In this document: positions 1 to 12,231 of the stretch, in pieces
Numbering within the stretch: position 1 is the stretch's first letter
Layout of the letters: every line of letters starts with the position of its first letter
Origin: Octopus bimaculoides
Taxonomy: Eukaryota
NCBI RefSeq assembly: GCF_001194135.2
Contig: NC_068991.1
Location: 64,181,729 to 64,245,728, forward strand
Length of the DNA: 64,000 nt
Direction: 5' to 3'
Notes under the pieces: generated by a model
Told to the model about the DNA's origin: nothing
What the model saw: only the letters and a program-made list of their open reading frames with translations
The model's database searches: none
Made by a program: the position numbers and the translations under genes

Positions 1-1651
1 ATATCCGAGATTTTACTACTATTAAACCAGAAAACTCTGCGAACCGCATCCAATAAAGCCATGTGACTTATTGGCCAATATTTGCTCACCAGCACCCCAG
101 CACCTAACACTCAATATCCTAGATACATCACGTTTTATGTACTACAGCAATTCTGACTTGTCCAAACTAGTCGGTTGTGTACAAATACAGTAGCCTCCTA
201 CTTTTCCCTCCCTATTTTATTGCTATGGATCGCTACTCTCTGACATCTACCTGACCCAGCTAAATTTTATTTCCTGAGACTTACAACCCAACATTACAAT
301 CATATTCCTTGTCTCTCCGCATCTCTCTCCTCTATTTTCTTAGCTGTTTATCTCCCTCCTTTCTCTCTCCCTCTCTCTATATATATCTCGCACTCTCTTT
401 GATCCCGATAGTTATACAAGTATTGACAAAAATCAATATTCATCTATCATATACAGATGTTAATTCCATTGGCTTTACCACACCTCTACAAATTGAACCT
501 TATTCCTATGTAACAGATCAAGATTACATTCACTTAATTTAGTGCAATAATGCACGCCTTACTGTCGATTAATGTACAATCAATCGAATTTTATGCTCTA
601 TCATATGCACCGCTTTAAGGCATTTAGCTCTAAATATTCTAATCCAAATATTATAAGTTGAAATCACAAAGTGGAATGGCTTACTGTGGTAGACAAAAAA
701 CTTTTTCATCGATACTCAACATTTGTTTTATAGAAATGAATGAAATTATATCCTCGAAGAACCCTCATTTGGTCAGCAAAGCATTTGGAATAACGCTCCA
801 ACGGAATTTGAACTCAGAGTGCCGGCTGAACGAATCCTGCAAGTCATTCTAACCGATATTCTAACGACACTGCTAATTCGGGCATTCATAAAATGTAGAG
901 ATTTGAAAAGTGGATGATGTTTAATGTGTCTTCAAGAGCGTCTTTCACAAAAAATTGTGACTGTATGATAAAATTTAGAAATCATTATCTTATATAATGT
1001 ATAAGAAAGAAATAGATATACTAATTCTTATTCTGCTTTCTGTAGATAACAAGACTGCATTCTAAGACGTCAAGAATCAGCTCAAAATCTCTATTTATCA
1101 AGCTTTACCAGATTACGAATATTGGCAGGTCTCTTTAAGCTTTCGAAATGCGATTATTCTTATCAATCTATCTTGTTATTTGAATCTTATTTTGCTACTC
1201 AGATTAACTTATGGCCATTTCTATGGAGTCATAGTAACGTAGAAAACATTCAACGAAAAAGTATCATTTTCGTTGAAGATATTTTTCTAAAATATGCTAC
1301 ATAGCTGTTGGAAACAGCGAGATATAACAATTTGTTCACTGGTAATAAACAGAAAATGGCCATGTTTATTTCTTTACGTTCTGACATGTGGGGAGAAGAC
1401 ATCTGCACGCCAGAATAAAAAGAACCGACAAATGAGCAATTTACGATAGAACCAGTGAGAAAGAGAGACGATAAAGATGCGATTGGCAATAAATTCTCAC
1501 CAGTAACATATTGCTTCATATTTTTCTTTAATAATTGTTTCTATTTATTTCACTAGCTACAGTTTTGTGCCGAGGTAACCTTAGTTGTTCCTCGTGATTA
1601 TTAACAATAAATTTCCTTTTAAAATTTATTTTCAAACGACTTTTTATCGAA

Positions 1652-1795
1652 GTGGAAAGCTGACGGAATCTTTACGACATCTGATAAAATATTTAGTTGC
1701 ATTTCGTCCAGCTCAATCACTTCGTTCTAAGCTCGAATGCTTTTTATCCTTTTGGGGTCGATAAAATCAGCACCAGGATCGATGTAATGGATTCT
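1652..1795 (+). mobile_element. SINE family B, degenerate copy
   Basis: Remnant core 'tttttatccttttggggtcgataaaatcagcaccaggatcgatgtaat' matches the family B core (ctttcatcctttcggggtcgataaa...taccag...gtcgatgtaatcga) seen in better copies at 27718 and 44550. Confidence 0.6.
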
Positions 1796-2635
1796 CCGTA
1801 GAATTGCTCTCCTTGAGCCAAAATTCAATTCTTACTGCGATGAGTGATGAATCTATTTACTTATTAAAGACAATCTGAATTTACATTTTGAATCTGAATT
1901 TATATAGTGTGTGCCTCTAGAGGCTTTTATAATGCCTAATACTTTCAGTTAGCAATTTGTCACTCTTGCTTACACATTTAATTTCAATCTGTGCATTTGG
2001 AGAAATAATTCAGCACACCGACCTTGTTGAAATATATTGCAAGTCATCATATCCGAGACAGACAGTGCTGACAAAATCAATTCGCTTACACACACGATCC
2101 AGCAAGCATATGCACTCGCATATGCACTCTTCTCACTCCCAACACACATATAAACACACTCGGCGAGTGCAGTTAAACCAGCATACCAATAGAACCGCAA
2201 GCTGTGTGTCAGCCTCAATTTATTCACACCGTTGAAAGGCATGATACGGTTGTGAAAATCTGTTCATACACAAGTATTAAAAGAAGAACATATATGGAAT
2301 CATTGATTAACGACAGCAACAGACGCACTTCGTTCTGATTACGTCTTGTCAATACCTTGAAATCGTTGTATCTTCTGTTCATACGAAATTCTTGCCTTCA
2401 TATATAAGACAGTGCAAAATGAATTCGGTGATGTTGTTGAAAGCTTGCTGGGCTATAAAAAAATTCGGTGAACACAATTGAAACAGTATTATAGTAACTC
2501 TGTGAGTCCGACAAAATTTATGAATTCTTGATTCTCAGACGTTTGGCATGACACCTTAATTTAAGGGGCTTAATCAATGTTCTTTGAACTCTTCATCTTC
2601 TAGAAAAGTGTATATATATATATATATATATATAT

Positions 2636-3526
2636 NNNNNNNNNNNNNNNNNNNNNNNNNNNNNNNNNNNNNNNNNNNNNNNNNNNNNNNNNNNNNNNNN
2701 NNNNNNNNNNNNNNNNNNNNNNNNNNNNNNNNNNNNNNNNNNNNNNNNNNNNNNNNNNNNNNNNNNNNNNNNNNNNNNNNNNNNNNNNNNNNNNNNNNNN
2801 NNNNNNNNNNNNNNNNNNNNNNNNNNNNNNNNNNNNNNNNNNNNNNNNNNNNNNNNNNNNNNNNNNNNNNNNNNNNNNNNNNNNNNNNNNNNNNNNNNNN
2901 NNNNNNNNNNNNNNNNNNNNNNNNNNNNNNNNNNNNNNNNNNNNNNNNNNNNNNNNNNNNNNNNNNNNNNNNNNNNNNNNNNNNNNNNNNNNNNNNNNNN
3001 NNNNNNNNNNNNNNNNNNNNNNNNNNNNNNNNNNNNNNNNNNNNNNNNNNNNNNNNNNNNNNNNNNNNNNNNNNNNNNNNNNNNNNNNNNNNNNNNNNNN
3101 NNNNNNNNNNNNNNNNNNNNNNNNNNNNNNNNNNNNNNNNNNNNNNNNNNNNNNNNNNNNNNNNNNNNNNNNNNNNNNNNNNNNNNNNNNNNNNNNNNNN
3201 NNNNNNNNNNNNNNNNNNNNNNNNNNNNNNNNNNNNNNNNNNNNNNNNNNNNNNNNNNNNNNNNNNNNNNNNNNNNNNNNNNNNNNNNNNNNNNNNNNNN
3301 NNNNNNNNNNNNNNNNNNNNNNNNNNNNNNNNNNNNNNNNNNNNNNNNNNNNNNNNNNNNNNNNNNNNNNNNNNNNNNNNNNNNNNNNNNNNNNNNNNNN
3401 NNNNNNNNNNNNNNNNNNNNNNNNNNNNNNNNNNNNNNNNNNNNNNNNNNNNNNNNNNNNNNNNNNNNNNNNNNNNNNNNNNNNNNNNNNNNNNNNNNNN
3501 NNNNNNNNNNNNNNNNNNNNNNNNNN
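2636..3526. other. Assembly gap (N-run); others at 10221, 13979, 19198, 32214, 34109, 36910, 43447, 45719, 48338, 60680, 63048
   Basis: Runs of n, nearly all bordered by (TA)n or (TG)n microsatellites. Confidence 1.
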
Positions 3527-4548
3527 CACACACACACACACACACACGCACAAATACACACACACACACGCATGTCTATCGATATAAACACATACATTTC
3601 TGTGCATGTGTGTATATAAATATTTCCTATATATTTCATATTTTTATATCGCAATTAATGGCTATAAAAATATCCCACATGAATACACAACGAAATTATA
3701 ATAGCAGGCGTATACCTGTGCCAATACTGTAAATGTCTTATAGATATAGATTATCTCATATATTAAAATCTTTGCTGCCAAGAACACTTTTAATATTCTC
3801 CAATATTGCAGTATATGACAAAACCGCTGTACTTTTTACCTAAAAAAGAAAAGAAAAACAAGGCAAACACATCAATAACTGAGACATAGATCGTACACGA
3901 AAAGTTGCAATAAATTACACGCACATATACACAGACAGAAAAAAAATAAATGTCAGTTCCATTCCTAATACGTGACAAACATATAGTCTCCTACAAAAAT
4001 CAAACGAAAGCCTATTAAAAAATGATGATGAAAGACTTTTAAGGAAACTAATTTAACAATATTTACATTTTGTCGACCTCAGAAACAAATTAGTTATTTA
4101 GTAATTTTCTAAAAAAAAAAAGTAATTCGTCGAAATTAACCTATATTCTTTCATGTGATTTTTAATATTGTGACATCAAAAGTAACAGCTATGTAATTAG
4201 AACACTAATGCCACATCACCACAGTTTGTCCTGTTCTAGTTAATTTATTAGAATGGGCTTTTATTTGTGGAAACTTTATTTGAGTACAGCGTCGAGTTTT
4301 GTTGAAATCGTTATTGTCAAGTGACGGGTTAGGTGTTCTTTATAAATCAGCTCTGTTGTGAGAAATTTTCGCATAATACGCTGAGAAGTGTTCCAATTTT
4401 ACCTTCGAATTTGATGCTACATATGTGAGAACGCCACAATATATATTCATACATTCATGCCTGCATACACACACAAACAAACATATTTGTATATAAATGT
4501 ATGAATGTATGTATGTACATATGTATTTTAACGATCCTGAAAAGATGA

Positions 4549-4891
4549 AAAGACAAGTCGAACCCGGTGGCATTTGAACTAAGAAGGACGCAAACTTGGA
4601 AGAAATGCTGCTAAGCATTGCGTTCAGTATGCTAGCTATTCTGCTGCCTACCCCCTGCCTTTATACTTACGTATATATTGGTTTCAAATTCTGACACAAG
4701 GCCAGCAAATTCGGGGAAGTGGGCAATTCGATTATATCGACCCTAATGCTCAACTGGTATTTATTTTATCGTTCCAGAAAGGAAGAAATAGAAAGTCGAC
4801 ATCGGTGGGATTTGAACTCAGAACACAAAGTCAGTAGAAATGCTGCTAAACATTTTGTCCAGCGCGATAATGATTCTGCACGCTCGTTGCC
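4549..4891 (-). mobile_element. Tandem pair of SINE family B copies (4549-4660 partial, 4680-4891 full)
   Basis: Both show the reverse complement of the family B head and core (atttgaactcagaac, gaaatgctgctaa, ttctgc...gcctta). The second also has the tail 'tttcaaattctgacacaaggcc'. Confidence 0.8.
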
Positions 4892-5861
4892 TTATGCTTA
4901 CTAATATATTAAAACCTAAATCCAAACTAGATTCGGAATCAAATTGTATTTTCTTGTTTGTGTATTTCTGCTGAATAGTCATCAGCATATCACTGCTGTT
5001 CGCAATAGTCATTTCTTCTTGGATTGTTGATAAAGTAGAAAATAGGATTCACTTCTCATGCCATTTTTATCTCTTAAGATAATTAAGTCTAGCGTTTGCC
5101 ACTAAAACATGGTGTATTTATTCAAAGTAGAAAATCCTTTTGAATATTCCGCTTAACGAACATTACATGGACATGCATGCGGAAACATGCCTTCTAATAT
5201 CTACCCATTAGCATATAGATCCATTTAATGGCGAAATCTCTAGAGTAACCAGTGAAGCTAGTGTAATGGCAATGTAAAGCCTCACTGACAGGCAAATAGT
5301 TTAAATGTTTGACCTGATTGGTAAAACAGTCTTTTTTTCTGTCAGTTTTTGTTGATTGTGGCGACCAAATGTAAATTAGAGATTAAAGATATACGAGTGC
5401 GTATATTTTTTTATATATCTGCTTTTATAGTGCATGCATTTATTCTGCTACTGGCAATATGCATGCTTACGCATACATTTAGTGGTAAAAAGAACGACAT
5501 TTTCAGATAAACGGGTGCGTTCTTTTGTAATTTAGTGCATTTGTATGTTCTTATCATCAAATACCTAAATTATAATTTAGATATTTCAATAGTAGACTTC
5601 TATGTAACAACAGTAAAATAGAAATCAATCATATTCCTTTGTATAGTCTTAATAGCTTTAACAGACTCCTCATGCCAAGTCAGTCTCACAATAATCTTTT
5701 ACCAATGAATATTTTCCATATTTTACTTGCTGCACCAGAGGATATTTACATATACAGAATGATGGCAGTAGTAGATGTTAGACGACTGGCATAGTGTGTA
5801 TAGTAAATGAGTTGTGTCAATGTCGTCAAATAATTTTCTCACGATACCAACCCCGAACACT

Positions 5862-6076
5862 GATTTCAAATTTTGGCACAAAGCCAACAATATCATGGGA
5901 CGGGATAAGACGATTACATCGATTCCAATACTGAACTGGTATTTATTTTATTGATCTCGAAAGGACGAAAGGCAAATTCGACCTCGGCGGAAGTTGAACG
6001 CAGAATATACAGACGGATGAAATACCACCGAGTATTTTGTCCGCTGTGCTAACGGTTCTGCCAGCTCACCGCCTTA
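5862..6076 (-). mobile_element. SINE family B, full-length
   Basis: Reverse complement runs from head 'taaggcggtgagctggcagaaccgttagcac' through core 'gaggtcgaatttgcctttcgtcctttcgagatcaataaaataaataccag' to tail 'tttgtgccaaaatttgaaatc'. Confidence 0.85.
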
Positions 6077-6384
6077 ACGAACTCAAAATATTACTGAGAG
6101 AAATGGAACGGACTCTTAAACTTGGTAATAGAAAGAATGTATACGAACACTACTTACATATTCTTCTTTAAAGTAAACCATGCTATATTATAAAAAATGC
6201 CTTCTTTCATAAATGAATAACAGATTAAAGAAGAATATTTTAGAACTTCTTGATATAAATCAGTCAAATAATAAAACCCTGAAGACTTAATGAGTAGATA
6301 TACATTGAAGTTGTTACATCAAATTGCTGAACTGTGGTGACAGTGACAATTAATTAATTGTGTTGAGAGTAACAATTAGACAAT

Positions 6385-8000
6385 TTTAAAAGCATTTCTT
6401 GTTCTGCATTTTTATTTGAGTTATTGCTGAGAACACCTCCCTTAGGTATGTTTTAAGAAATCGAACCGGAAATTTTAGATCTTCATCGATTAACTTTTAC
6501 ATTTCAGTCACTTCACTGAATACCATAACTGTAAATTCATTATCATTCAGTACATAGATTTTTGAATTCGAGGCCAGGTCACCGTTTAACTATAATAAAG
6601 TTTAGTTTTTGCTCCATTAGGAAAATTGCATGCATCAGTAGCTACTTGAAATGAATTTAATACCGAGGTCGATAAGTGTCTTATAATCCGCTTTAGGAAA
6701 GTTCATTTCCGTATTAAATTTTAAGACAAATTTTATCCATGATATTATCTATGTTGCTGAGATAATCTTCAACATCTGTATGTATAAAATCTGTCTGTAC
6801 GTGAGGAAAATTGAGAAACATTGATTTCTCGACATTTTCAATGCTTTAACAGATCCTGACATTTTAGGATTTGATTTTTTCTTTTAGTCATTTTCTTGCA
6901 GAGATAAATTCAAATTTCTTAAATATTCACATATAGCGACCATTTAACCCAATGGAATGATGCCTTCTGTGATATCAAAGAATGTCACAAAGCTGGATTT
7001 CGTACTAGTGAGAAACGCAATGTTTTTTGTGCAAAACGTGAAAACACAATCCAGAACTTTCCTCTAGAGAACTCCGAACTAGAGATTGTGGCAACAAAAT
7101 AGTGTATTCGACATCCGTATCTTCTTCACAAAGCCGCTGATTCTCTTAAGTTTTACTTTTGATCATCATAAAATTATTCCGCAAGCTGTATCTTTTCCTT
7201 TTGTATTCGTGTTCGTTTCGCAATCAACGATTCTTTGTAATAGTGCAGGGAGTGTTAATACAAAGAGAATTTGTCTCATGTATGCAACTACACATGCTAC
7301 CGGTTATTGCATAGCCCCCACCAATAGATAGATTAATATACTTATCCTTGGGAATTCCGGCTTTAACAAGGAAATCGTCGATGCTATTGAAAGTATTCTT
7401 TTCTGTGTTTTTCTGTGGATTGATAATGTTTGACAACATTTTGTATGTCATCAGAAACATAGCACGCACATTACAGAGAAATTGTGTACGATTAGTTTTG
7501 GCAGTGCTTTTATTGATTTGTAAACCATAGCACCATGCATTCCGTAACATTTACAAACTATCTTCTATTTTCTAAATCTTCGCACAAATCATCAGCATTT
7601 CATCTGTTGTCTGCAAGGGTAACATCATTTACCCCCAGTATTCCATCTTTACAAAAAGATCCCCAGCTGCAATGAGAAGGCTTAACTTGATTGTGCTTCC
7701 ACTATAAAATAGCTAATATTATTTAAGAAAGACTTTGGTAGATTTAACGAAGGTGCCAAGAATTCAAGTATAAAATAAACATCACAAAATACGTTACTTT
7801 TGAAAAGTGATTTAGCATCTGCATTAAATATGTTAGAGATTTAATTACAAATTGAAAATATTCGGAAATGGATTTCAACATTAGAGGAGACACATTCAAT
7901 ATCGCAAGACGGTGACAGAAAAGAAAAAAAAAGTAGAGACGTTCATATTTTTCTTGATCTTAGAGCAAATACGTACGAAAAGCTAGGGAAGTAAACTGTC
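6385..8000 (-). pseudogene. Degraded hAT-superfamily (Buster/Charlie/SPIN-like) transposase fossil
   Basis: Manual minus-strand translation across frameshifts gives motifs in the expected order: 'GDLFVKDGIL' (cf. GEFVKEC), 'YGLQINKSTAKTNRTQFLCNVR' (cf. FSLQLDESTD..AQL..VR), 'DDFLVKAGIPKDKYINLSIGGGYAITGS' (cf. IPW.K...CTDGA.AM.G), 'HYYKESLIAK' (cf. HC.IHR..L.AK), 'SRGK-VLDCVF' (cf. WLSRGKVL), 'EYLRNLNLSLQ' (cf. HLN.LNL.LQ), and C-terminal 'KTYLREVFSAITQIK' (cf. STYLCE..FS....IK). Many stops and frameshifts; no TIRs identified. Confidence 0.75.
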
Positions 8001-8103
8001 ATTTCTTCTTTTCTCATCGAGGCTGGATTTATCCGTTACACGTGACTACTTTTCTAGCGATAAGTTCCCAATATTCTCTTACTTTTTCAAGCTCTAACTT
8101 TAT

Positions 8104-8500
8104 CTTATCTTTCACTTGTTTTAGTCAATGGATTGCAGCCATGCTGGGGCGCTGCCTTGAAGGATTGAGTTGAACATATCGACAACAGTACTTATTTTTT
8201 TTATATCTGGTACTTAACCTGTTGGTCATTTTTGGCGAACTGCTAGGTTACAGGGATGTAAACAAATCAACACCGGTTGCCAAATTGTGGCGTAAGGCAA
8301 ACACAAACACATACACGTACATGAGGAGGATCTCACAGAGTTTCCGTCTATCAAAAATACTCAGAAGGCATTAGTCGGCCCGCGAATATAGTTAGAAGCC
8401 ACTATCCCTAGGGTGCCGCAGAGCAGGCCTAAACCCGAAACTTCATAGTTATAAAGCAAGCTTCTTAATCACACAGTCATGCAAGTACCTAATCACACAG
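8104..8500 (-). mobile_element. SINE family A, older degenerate copy
   Basis: Reverse complement of the family A tail (cttgttttagtcaatggattgcagccatgctggggcgctgcc) at the left end and of the head (cttcttaatcacacagtcatgc) at the right end. Confidence 0.75.
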
Positions 8501-9386
8501 CCGTACCTCGACTGCTGACACGTCTCATCCCTGCTCGCGCGTCTAATCCCTGGTGGGGTGCTGATTGTTTCCACACTGATTAGTTTGTTGTTTCTTTATT
8601 TTAGGATTCTTTATAAAACATCATTAACGAACTTTGTCAGCCATTTTTGCCGTTACATGAACTTCGAAAAGTCTTTTGCGAACGTTTTGGCGTAGTACAA
8701 CAAGGTTTTATATACTCAGTACATAACTTCATTTGTTCCCTAAAATAACGATAAGGAAGATTTTCCATCACGAAGATAGATATATAATTTACAGAAGTTT
8801 ATTGCATCGAACACATACGCACACACACACTGACACACACACACTCACGCACATCCTGGGGAAATATTGTCTCCAATGCAAATACATCTACAATTCCATG
8901 AATACTCTTGTTGTATTAGCTCGGTCAGTTATAGCAGACACTTAAGATTACATACTGATATCTTATTTGAGTGAGTATGTATAGAGATTATTTCATAGAG
9001 AAGTTTATTGTAGGTTTACAGAATCATTTCTCGCACACAACAATAATTTATCTTCACACTACTCTATGACTTATCCGCTGGGTATAAACATTATAAATGG
9101 AATGCAGTGAAATACAAAAATAAATGATAAAGTAGATGAGATGAAAGTAGATACAAATTTTTGGCAGACACGGATTAAGAAACAAACCATGTAACGCTCA
9201 TTCATTTAGTGGCTTTTTGTTGTTTTTATTTTTACTTCCGTGATATTCGTAAAATATGCCAGTATATCGTGAAAACAGCGGAGTACTAAAAGTGCATTCT
9301 TTTCCAAGAAGTCTCAATATGATACCTTTCTACTCACTCACTTTTTATCATGGCAAATGACATTATCTTATTTTACGACTTTATCA

Positions 9387-9387
<1 letters not shown>

Positions 9388-9437
<50 letters not shown>

Positions 9438-9512
9438 AGAGAGAGTGTATGTATTTATGTATGTATGTATGTATATATGTATGTATGTATGTATGTGTAT
9501 GTGTGTGTGTGT
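9388..9512. repeat. Compound microsatellite (TG)n/(AG)n/(TATG)n
   Basis: Read directly from the sequence. Representative of dozens of similar SSRs, e.g. 9869-10010, 16000-16110 (TATC)n, 36020-36260, 37845-38000, 59845-59896 (AG)n. Confidence 0.95.
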
Positions 9513-9866
9513 ATTAAGGCTGCTGTTGGTTTCCTGTTACCCACCAATGATGCGGTGTTGAGCACTCATTATCACTGGTCGATATTCACACACACATACA
9601 CACAAGAGTGCGCGCACACACACATCTGTGTATATCTATTCTTTTGCTCAATCAGACTTACATTTTTTACTTCGTCGGATATTTTTCTGCTCTTACTTTA
9701 AGTTTGGCAGATTTTCAGTTTGCTTGGCACTTATAGACGGACATCCGGAATGGAAACCATCGTCCGAATTAAGTGGTAATATTTAATGCTGACGATTCGA
9801 ATGTTTGGCCCAAAGCTTCAGACATATTATTTACACGAAAAAAATTCTTAAACACCCCTCTTTCTG

Positions 9867-9922
<56 letters not shown>

Positions 9923-9953
9923 CAAATATACTTGTATATACAGTTATGTATAC

Positions 9954-9984
<31 letters not shown>

Positions 9985-10137
9985 TGTATGTATGTGTGTG
10001 TATGTATGTAGATTCAGATGAATATGATACTTAAGTTGAGGCACCAGAATTTAGTACTGTATTATCCATACAATTTCAAAGTAAGGTGATTAAAATCAAA
10101 ATAAGCAACAAGGATATATATATATATATATATACAC

Positions 10138-10220
<83 letters not shown>

Positions 10221-10316
10221 NNNNNNNNNNNNNNNNNNNNNNNNNNNNNNNNNNNNNNNNNNNNNNNNNNNNNNNNNNNNNNNNNNNNNNNNATATATAT
10301 ATATATATATTATATA

Positions 10317-10502
10317 CACGAGTGGGTACTAAGAAGTTCCTGAATTTGGGTAAAAGATAATACTGGAGGATCAGTAAATTATGATTTTACTCAAGATGTT
10401 CTCCTCTCAAATCCACACACATATTGAACTAAGAAGGATGGGCCTCAACCAAAATCTTTCGCGATACCCTTGAAACCATAAACTTTTCAGCATCGCCTTG
10501 TG
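10317..10502. mobile_element. Mariner-derived MITE, degenerate; same family as 31788-32000
   Basis: Left end 'cacgagtgggtactaagaagttcctg' and right end 'aaaccataaacttttcagcatcgccttgtg' are imperfect inverted repeats. The interior ('gatcagtaaattatgattttactcaa', 'gaactaagaagg') is shared with the 31.8 kb copy. Confidence 0.7.
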
Positions 10503-10532
10503 CACAAACTTATATATACATACATACATACA

Positions 10533-11340
10533 TTAGAGAAGAGAACCTTTGTACAGTTGTGGAAAGTAGCTGCCCAGCGGATGTTAACATAAAGCTGAAG
10601 ATCAGTGAAAAAGAGAACACCTATGCTGAACTATTGAGAAATCTGCACTTACTCAATCCAGGTTACAAGCTCAGGTTTATACCTGTAATTATTGGGGCTT
10701 TGGGATATGTAACACATAGCCTAAATATAAATCTTGTGAAATTAGGCTTCTCAAAACCAGAAAGGAGAAAGCTAATTCGAAGACTACAGATCCAATCCAT
10801 CACTGGAACTGTAAAAATCTGTAAAACTTTCCAGAAGTTCATCATTGAAATATATATATGAGCATGTCTAGATATGTAACTATATGCATGAGAATACATA
10901 TATAAAACATGCAAATCTGCACATATATACATACATATATGCATGCCTCAGAACTATGCATTCAATAAAACAATGGCAGTGACGGTACTCATGCCAGCAT
11001 TTGGCTTGCTTGATTCGACGCTTGTTGAGAAGCAATTGACGTGAAAACCCGACAAATACTAACAAGCACACATAATTTTCAAATAAACAGTGACGTTGAC
11101 CGCCTCTACCTAAAACGTAAACAAGGCGGCAGAGGCTTAAGATCGATATGTAACTATATGCATGAGAATACATACATGAAACATGAAACTATGCACATAC
11201 ATACATACATATATACATACATACATACATACATACCCTGTTGTTGATGTTGAAATTCCAATGACGGAACCTGGGATCTAGGTTAAAAAAGGTTCTTTCT
11301 CCGTTGCCAAGAAATCTTGAAATAAACTGAATAATGACAA
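10533..11340 (+). mobile_element. R4/Dong-like (RLE-clade) non-LTR retrotransposon fragments, rearranged
   Basis: 10559-10861 translates to an RLE C-terminus ('SCPADVNI...EKENTYAELLRNL...FIPVIIGALG'). 10960-11144 gives the post-RT motif 'KTRQILTSTHNFQINSDVDRLYLKRKQGGRGL'. A 3' UTR-like segment is followed by (TACA)n to 11432. Confidence 0.8.
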
Positions 11341-11379
11341 ACATACGTACGTGGACACATGACAAACATACATACGTAG

Positions 11380-11410
<31 letters not shown>

Positions 11411-12175
11411 CATACATACATACATACATACAAAAGCTTCATTGCATACAAATCTTTAATGATTGCATGGTTATATAATGAAGAGAATAGGTTCGGGTTA
11501 TATAGATTTTGTAATATACAATGTGACACTCTAATTATATCCGGGACTAATTAAAATGCTACAGAAAAGAGGACCAGCGAAAATTGTACTTTCAAGAAAT
11601 ATTCTTTCTGTTTTGATGTCTAAATTTGCCGATATTCATAATATTATTTCATGGAGTTAAAGGTATCGATTACGTCTTCCATTTCCTATGAAGTTAAGTT
11701 TGCTTTAAGAACAACGGTCGAATAAACTTCGTATCAAGTAGAATAATATCACTGATAAGAATTGGCGCTGAATGAATTATCCATAATTTGCCTCCCAAAC
11801 GGTGACTGCCTACTTTGCTTAAGTATCTAAAATTGGTTCTCTGTTAATGAAAATTGAATTTAGATTGTCTGAAAGGGTACGCGGCACTTTAGGTCTGATT
11901 CAGCGCTGACTTATTTGAATCGGACTTTTTCATGTTTATCTCGTTTGAATGTTCCTCTCGTTTTCCTAACCCTTTCTCTCTCTCCCTCGGTTAATGTGTG
12001 TGAGCTTCTTTCTCTGTGGGTATGAAGAAGGTAAACTGTCAAGGTCAATAATGTTCAGTTAATTAATTGTAATTTCTGTCTCCTCCCTCTCTCACTCTTT
12101 CCATCTCTCTCTGTATCTCTCTCTCTCTCTCTCATTGTCTCTGTCTGTCTGTCTGTTTCTTTCTCTCTCTCTCTT

Positions 12176-12210
<35 letters not shown>

Positions 12211-12231
12211 ATATATATATATATGTATATA

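Noticed and set aside
1-310. Possible I/Ingi-type LINE 3' remnant
   Set aside because: Only vague resemblance after several assumed frameshifts; not supportable.
2574-3732. Long ORFs containing X (also 34025-34453, 36831-37424, 60534-61700 and others)
   Set aside because: They stay open only because N-gaps contain no stop codons; flanks translate as IYIY or THTH microsatellite.
9357-10044. Numerous CVCV, THTH, YVCM, IYLS and poly-N/I/Y/R ORFs throughout the window
   Set aside because: Direct translations of di-, tri- and tetranucleotide microsatellites.
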